Source of the DNA: Methanocaldococcus jannaschii DSM 2661
Lineage (GTDB): Archaea > AGJL01 > Methanococci > Methanococcales > Methanocaldococcaceae
Assembly: GCF_000091665.1 (NCBI RefSeq)
Contig: NC_000909.1
Coordinates: 563,581-595,580 of the forward strand
Length of the DNA: 32,000 nt
Reading direction: 5' to 3'
This document shows, one piece after another, positions 27,834 through 32,000 of the stretch (within the stretch, counting starts at the first letter, position 1; each line of letters opens with the position of its first letter). The notes below the pieces were generated by a model. The model was not told the origin of the DNA. It searched no databases and saw nothing but the letters and a program-made list of their open reading frames with translations. The translations under genes and the position numbers were made by a program.

Positions 27834-29030
27834 TCATTTTAGCAAATACACATCTACAAGCTCTCCTTTTTCATAACCTTCAACATTTTCTGGAATTAAG
27901 ATATAGCCGTCACTTTTTATTAACGAGGAAATAACTCCACTTCCAGTAATTCTTATAGGTTCTACTTCTATATCCACCTTAACTCTAACAAAATCAACTC
28001 TACCAAGCTCAGAGGCCATATTTCTTTTTAAAGGTAAGGTAACTTTCTTCCTTTCTATAAAAAATCTTTGAATAAATAACTCAAATTGAACAGCTGAAGC
28101 TACAGGATAGCCAGACAGCATGAAGACTGGTTTATCATTAATTATTCCAAATCCAAATGGTTTTCCAGGTCTTATATTTACACCATGAACTATAACATCT
28201 CCCAATTCTCTGACAGTCTCAACAGTTATATCTCTCTCACTCACAGAAGTTCCTCCAGTTATTAATAAAGCGTCATTTTCACTCAAAGCTGTTTTAATAG
28301 CTTTCTTTAGTTTTTCTTTATCATCTTTAACAATATCATAAATTTTTGCATTAAACCCAAGATTTTTTACTAAACCATATAACATATATGAATTGGAATT
28401 TATAATTTTCCCATCTAATTTACTAATATCTTCCTCAATATCCCTAATTTCATCCAAATTGATGAGCTCATCTCCCGTAGATATTATACCAAAACTTAAA
28501 TCATAAACCTTAATTTTTTTAATTCCTAAAGATGCGAGCATATTTAGATGATAAGGATTAATAATCTCCCCCTTTTTCAAAACTACATCTCCCTTTTTAA
28601 CATCCTCCCCAATCCTTGAGACATTTTCGTTTGGATGAACAGTTTTATAAACTTCAACAAAATCATCAACTTCATTGCAAAACTCTTTCATAACAACAGC
28701 ATTGGCATTTTTTGGTAGTTTATCTCCAGTGAATATTTTTTTAGCTTCTCCATAAGTTATTTCATCTCCATCAGCAAGATTTAGTATTATTGGGTTTGTT
28801 TCAGAAGCTCCAAAAGTATCTTCCGCTATAACAGCATAACCATCCATCGCAGCCTTATTAAAATAAGGTAAATCAATTGGAGCTTTAATATCTTCAGCAG
28901 ATATCCTGTTTAAAGCTTCAACAATATCAACTTCTTTAACTTTTTTATTCTCATCCAAATACTCTGATAATTTTTCAAAAACAATCTTTTCAGCACTTTT
29001 TAAGGGCATTAAATTTTTTATAAGCTTCAT
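27834..29030 (-). CDS. moeA: Molybdopterin molybdenumtransferase MoeA
   Basis: PYFNKAAMDGYAV, SYMLYGLVKNLGF, LITGGTSVSERD, GVNIRPGKPFGFG, LSGYPVASAVQFELF. Confidence 0.92.
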   Translation of the reverse strand: MKLIKNLMPLKSAEKIVFEKLSEYLDENKKVKEVDIVEALNRISAEDIKAPIDLPYFNKAAMDGYAVIAEDTFGASETNPIILNLADGDEITYGEAKKIFTGDKLPKNANAVVMKEFCNEVDDFVEVYKTVHPNENVSRIGEDVKKGDVVLKKGEIINPYHLNMLASLGIKKIKVYDLSFGIISTGDELINLDEIRDIEEDISKLDGKIINSNSYMLYGLVKNLGFNAKIYDIVKDDKEKLKKAIKTALSENDALLITGGTSVSERDITVETVRELGDVIVHGVNIRPGKPFGFGIINDKPVFMLSGYPVASAVQFELFIQRFFIERKKVTLPLKRNMASELGRVDFVRVKVDIEVEPIRITGSGVISSLIKSDGYILIPENVEGYEKGELVDVYLLK

Positions 29031-29121
29031 GTTTTCACCAATGAGAAGTAATATTAAAGAAAATATATAAAGTTTAGAAAATATAAAAATTTAATAGATA
29101 AAGAAATTAGTGGTGATTTAA

Positions 29122-30633
29122 ATGCTATTTCTAAAAGTTAGAGTTTTAGATATTGACTTGGAGAATTTGGTTTTAATTAATTCTGAAGACTTAAAAAGCT
29201 CTCAGTATTTCCCTCAAGATAGAGTAGTTGTGGAGTTTAAAGGAAAAGAAGTTATTGGAATCCTACATTCTTCAACCACATTGATAAACAGAGGAGAAAT
29301 AGGGCTTCCACAAAAAGTAGTTAAAGAGTTAGGTGTTAAAGAAGGGGATATTGTTACAATAAAACATGCTGAAAAACCTAAATCTCTCCCATATATAAGA
29401 AAAAAGATGGATGGAAATAAATTAAAAAAAGAGGAAATTTTTGAAATTATAGATGAGATGGTGGATGGAAAGCTAACAAATATTGAAATATCTGCCTTTG
29501 TCACCTCATTATATATAAATGGAATGGATATGGATGAGATTGAAGCAATGACAATTAGAATGGCTGAAACTGGAGAGATGGTTAATTGGGAGGGGCATAT
29601 ATTTGACGTGCATTCAATTGGAGGAGTTCCTGGAAACAAATATGCTTTATTAGTCGTGCCAATAGTTGCCTCTGCTGGCTTAAAGATTCCAAAAACATCT
29701 TCAAGGGCAATAACTTCAGCGGCAGGAACAGCAGATGTTGTTGAAGTTTTAACAAGAGTGGATTTAACCATTGAAGAAATAAAAAGAGTTGTTAAAGAAA
29801 CAAACGGTTGTATGGTATGGGGAGGGGCTTTAGATTTAGCTCCTGCAGATGATATAACAATAAATGTTGAAAGACCTCTTGGCATAGACCCAGAGCCCTT
29901 ATTATTATCAAGTGTCATGGCAAAAAAATTAGCTATGGGTGTTAATAAGCTATTGATTGATATTCCAACAGGATATGGAGCAAAAGTTAAATCTATAAAA
30001 GAGGCATCAAGCTTAGCAAGGAAGTTTATTGAATTGAGTGATAGATTGAGGATAGTTACTGAATGTGCTATAACTTACGGAGGACAGCCAATTGGAAGAG
30101 CTATTGGTCCAGCTTTAGAAGCAAAAGAGGCATTATTGGCTTTGGAAGATTATACTCAAGCCCCTACAAGCCTTGTTGAGAAATCTATTTCATTAGCTGG
30201 AATTTTGTTAGAGATGGGAGGAGTAGCTCCTACTGGAGAAGGTAAAGAGTTAGCTGAAGATTTATTAGCAAGAGGGAAGGCACATGACAAATTTATGGAG
30301 ATTATTGTAGCTCAGGGAGGAAAAGAAGTTAGTTCAGATGAAATTGAGGTTGGAAAATATAAAGCTGATATTCACTCACCAATTGATGGGTATGTTACAA
30401 GAATATCAAATGCTGGAATTACAAAAATTGCCAAAGAAGCTGGAGCTCCAAATGATAAAAAAGCTGGTATCTATCTAAACGTAAAAGTAGGAAATAAAGT
30501 TGAAAAAGGAGATGTTTTATACACCATATACTCTGACTCTGAAGAAAGGCTAAAATCAGCTATTAAATTAGCAAGAATATTGTATCCAATCAAAGTTGAG
30601 GGCATGTTACTCCAAAAAATTTCAAGATTCTAA
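29122..30633 (+). CDS. deoA: AMP phosphorylase / thymidine phosphorylase family
   Basis: DVHSIGGVPGNKYALLVVPIVASAGLKIPKTSSRAITSAAGTADVVE, CMVWGGALDLAPADD. Archaeal length (about 500 aa) fits AMP phosphorylase. Confidence 0.9.
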   Translation: MLFLKVRVLDIDLENLVLINSEDLKSSQYFPQDRVVVEFKGKEVIGILHSSTTLINRGEIGLPQKVVKELGVKEGDIVTIKHAEKPKSLPYIRKKMDGNKLKKEEIFEIIDEMVDGKLTNIEISAFVTSLYINGMDMDEIEAMTIRMAETGEMVNWEGHIFDVHSIGGVPGNKYALLVVPIVASAGLKIPKTSSRAITSAAGTADVVEVLTRVDLTIEEIKRVVKETNGCMVWGGALDLAPADDITINVERPLGIDPEPLLLSSVMAKKLAMGVNKLLIDIPTGYGAKVKSIKEASSLARKFIELSDRLRIVTECAITYGGQPIGRAIGPALEAKEALLALEDYTQAPTSLVEKSISLAGILLEMGGVAPTGEGKELAEDLLARGKAHDKFMEIIVAQGGKEVSSDEIEVGKYKADIHSPIDGYVTRISNAGITKIAKEAGAPNDKKAGIYLNVKVGNKVEKGDVLYTIYSDSEERLKSAIKLARILYPIKVEGMLLQKISRF

Positions 30634-30729
30634 ATAGGACCTTCCCGCAGTTTATATACAATTCTGTTTGAACTTAAATACCAAAAGACATCATATTTCA
30701 ATAAAACATTTATTAAAAGTTCTATTAAT

Positions 30730-30951
30730 TTAATTTGATTCTTCATTAATTTCTTCTAATTTAGGACATGCAATTAAAATTAACTTATATAATTCTGTGT
30801 TTTTTGTAGATTCTAAGATTTTATATATTGATTTCTTATCTTTCATATGGGATTCAATAATATGCCTTATCATAAGAATTTTAATTCCAACAAATTTTGC
30901 TTTGCTATTAATAATTTTTAAATCTTCAATAATTTTTTCATCGTTTTCCAT
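30730..30951 (-). CDS. Small hypothetical protein (about 73 aa)
   Basis: ATG 30951 ([11 protein letters not shown]) preceded by ggtgg; the track start at 30987 lies in a poly-T/hydrophobic run. Confidence 0.6.
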
Positions 30952-31139
30952 AATAACCACCAAAAAAAACAACATATAAAACAACAATAAAATAACAATT
31001 ATATCTAATTTGTAATATTTAGTTAAAAAGTATTTATGAATTTTTTGTTCTGTATATGTGGTTATGCAAGTGCCTATGGGTGATATATTAATTTAAAATA
31101 AATAAAATAAAATTTATCAATAGCAAAAATAAAAAAGAT

Positions 31140-32000
31140 TTATCCAAATTTTAATTTCTTGATTTTCAATTTCATTGCTCTCTCTATATATCTCAGTTTT
31201 TTATATTCCCTTCTATTTATAATTGATATTGCCTTCCCTTTCTTTCCAGCTCTCCCAGTTCTTCCAATTCTATGCATATAAGATTCAGGATTTTGTGGAA
31301 GATGGTAGTTAATTACACAGTTTAAATCATTGACATCTATCCCTCTACTCATAACATCAGTGGCAATTAAAATCCTAATCTTTTTTTGTTTAAACAATCT
31401 TATAACCTTCTCCCTTTGAGATTGACTTAAATCTCCATGAATTGCTCCAGCTTTAAATCCAATATCTCTCAACATACTTGCCAATTCTTTAGTATCTCTC
31501 TTAGTTTTACAAAAAACTAATCCATAAAATTCTTTATTTTTTAAAAGTCTGCATAAAGCTTCAAATCTCTCATTTTCATTAACTTCAACATAACTCTGTT
31601 CAATATTTGCGTTTATCTTAGCTTTTATAAAGCTATAATCTCCCATATACTTTTTAGCCAAATTTAATATCTCCCTTGGCATAGTAGCAGAGAACAACAA
31701 AATCCTCTTGTCTTTATTACAGGCATTTAAAATCTTTTCAACGTCCTTAATAAAACCCATATTGAGCATTTCATCTGCCTCATCCAATATAAAATATTTA
31801 ACATTTTTTAAATTTAAAGTTCCTCTATTTATGTGGTCTAAAATTCTTCCTGGAGTTCCAACAACTATATTGGCATTTTTTAAAGCCTTAATTTGTGGAT
31901 ATATAGCTTTTCCACCATAAATTTTGGCAATCTTTAAATTTTTGTTACCTTTTAATGACTCTATCTCATCAGCCACTTGTATAGCTAATTCTCTTGTAGG
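31140..32000 (-). CDS. DEAD-box RNA helicase, 5'-truncated by the window edge
   Basis: PTRELA (window end), GTPGRILDH, DEAD (LDEADEML), LFSATMP, HRIGRTGRAGKKG. Confidence 0.97.
   Translation of the reverse strand, partial: PTRELAIQVADEIESLKGNKNLKIAKIYGGKAIYPQIKALKNANIVVGTPGRILDHINRGTLNLKNVKYFILDEADEMLNMGFIKDVEKILNACNKDKRILLFSATMPREILNLAKKYMGDYSFIKAKINANIEQSYVEVNENERFEALCRLLKNKEFYGLVFCKTKRDTKELASMLRDIGFKAGAIHGDLSQSQREKVIRLFKQKKIRILIATDVMSRGIDVNDLNCVINYHLPQNPESYMHRIGRTGRAGKKGKAISIINRREYKKLRYIERAMKLKIKKLKFG

Noticed and set aside
29214-29918. 234-aa minus-strand ORF inside the AMP/thymidine phosphorylase gene
   Set aside because: Long but antisense to a highly conserved enzyme; composition (Ser/Thr/Pro rich) is the typical shadow of the coding strand.
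1-32000. CRISPR arrays, restriction-modification, toxin-antitoxin or other defence cluster
   Set aside because: No regularly spaced repeats and no cas, nuclease or toxin-type ORFs in the protein track.

Overview
This 32 kb window reads as a hyperthermophilic methanogen chromosome. From protein content I recognise it as the Methanocaldococcus jannaschii region around MJ0634-MJ0669; this is recollection, not a search, and the locus numbers are given on that basis. It is mostly dense housekeeping DNA: radical-SAM lysine-2,3-aminomutase-like protein, pheA, pgk, hemB, RraA-like protein, VIT-type transporter, gamma/alpha-2 prefoldin, NADH-oxidase-like flavoprotein, SppA, YhbY/CRM, CBS protein, pyrD, rpl34e-cmk-rpl14e, TRAM protein, PAP2 protein, acetolactate-synthase-like enzyme, moeA, AMP/thymidine phosphorylase and a DEAD-box helicase. 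I see no CRISPR array, tRNA or rRNA and no classical defence system. The interesting content is between the genes: (1) a GC- and hairpin-rich ~150 bp island at 27629-27779, flanked by 41-bp direct repeats (39/41) that duplicate the translation-start region of the neighbouring DUF354-like gene; (2) a leader upstream of rpl14e (20482-20560) with a GNRA-capped hairpin and two mutually exclusive stems, one of which would fully sequester the Shine-Dalgarno; (3) a perfect 16-bp inverted repeat (9852-9867/9932-9947) bracketing a promoter-like sequence between hemB and the RraA-like gene; (4) a perfect 32-bp palindrome (20847-20878) directly upstream of the probable TATA box of a GXGXG-domain gene; (5) an internally deleted, frameshifted IS remnant at 17407-17755; (6) a possible unannotated 35-aa single-TM protein at 2148-2255. 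Many ORF-track starts look too long; corrected starts with Shine-Dalgarno support are given.
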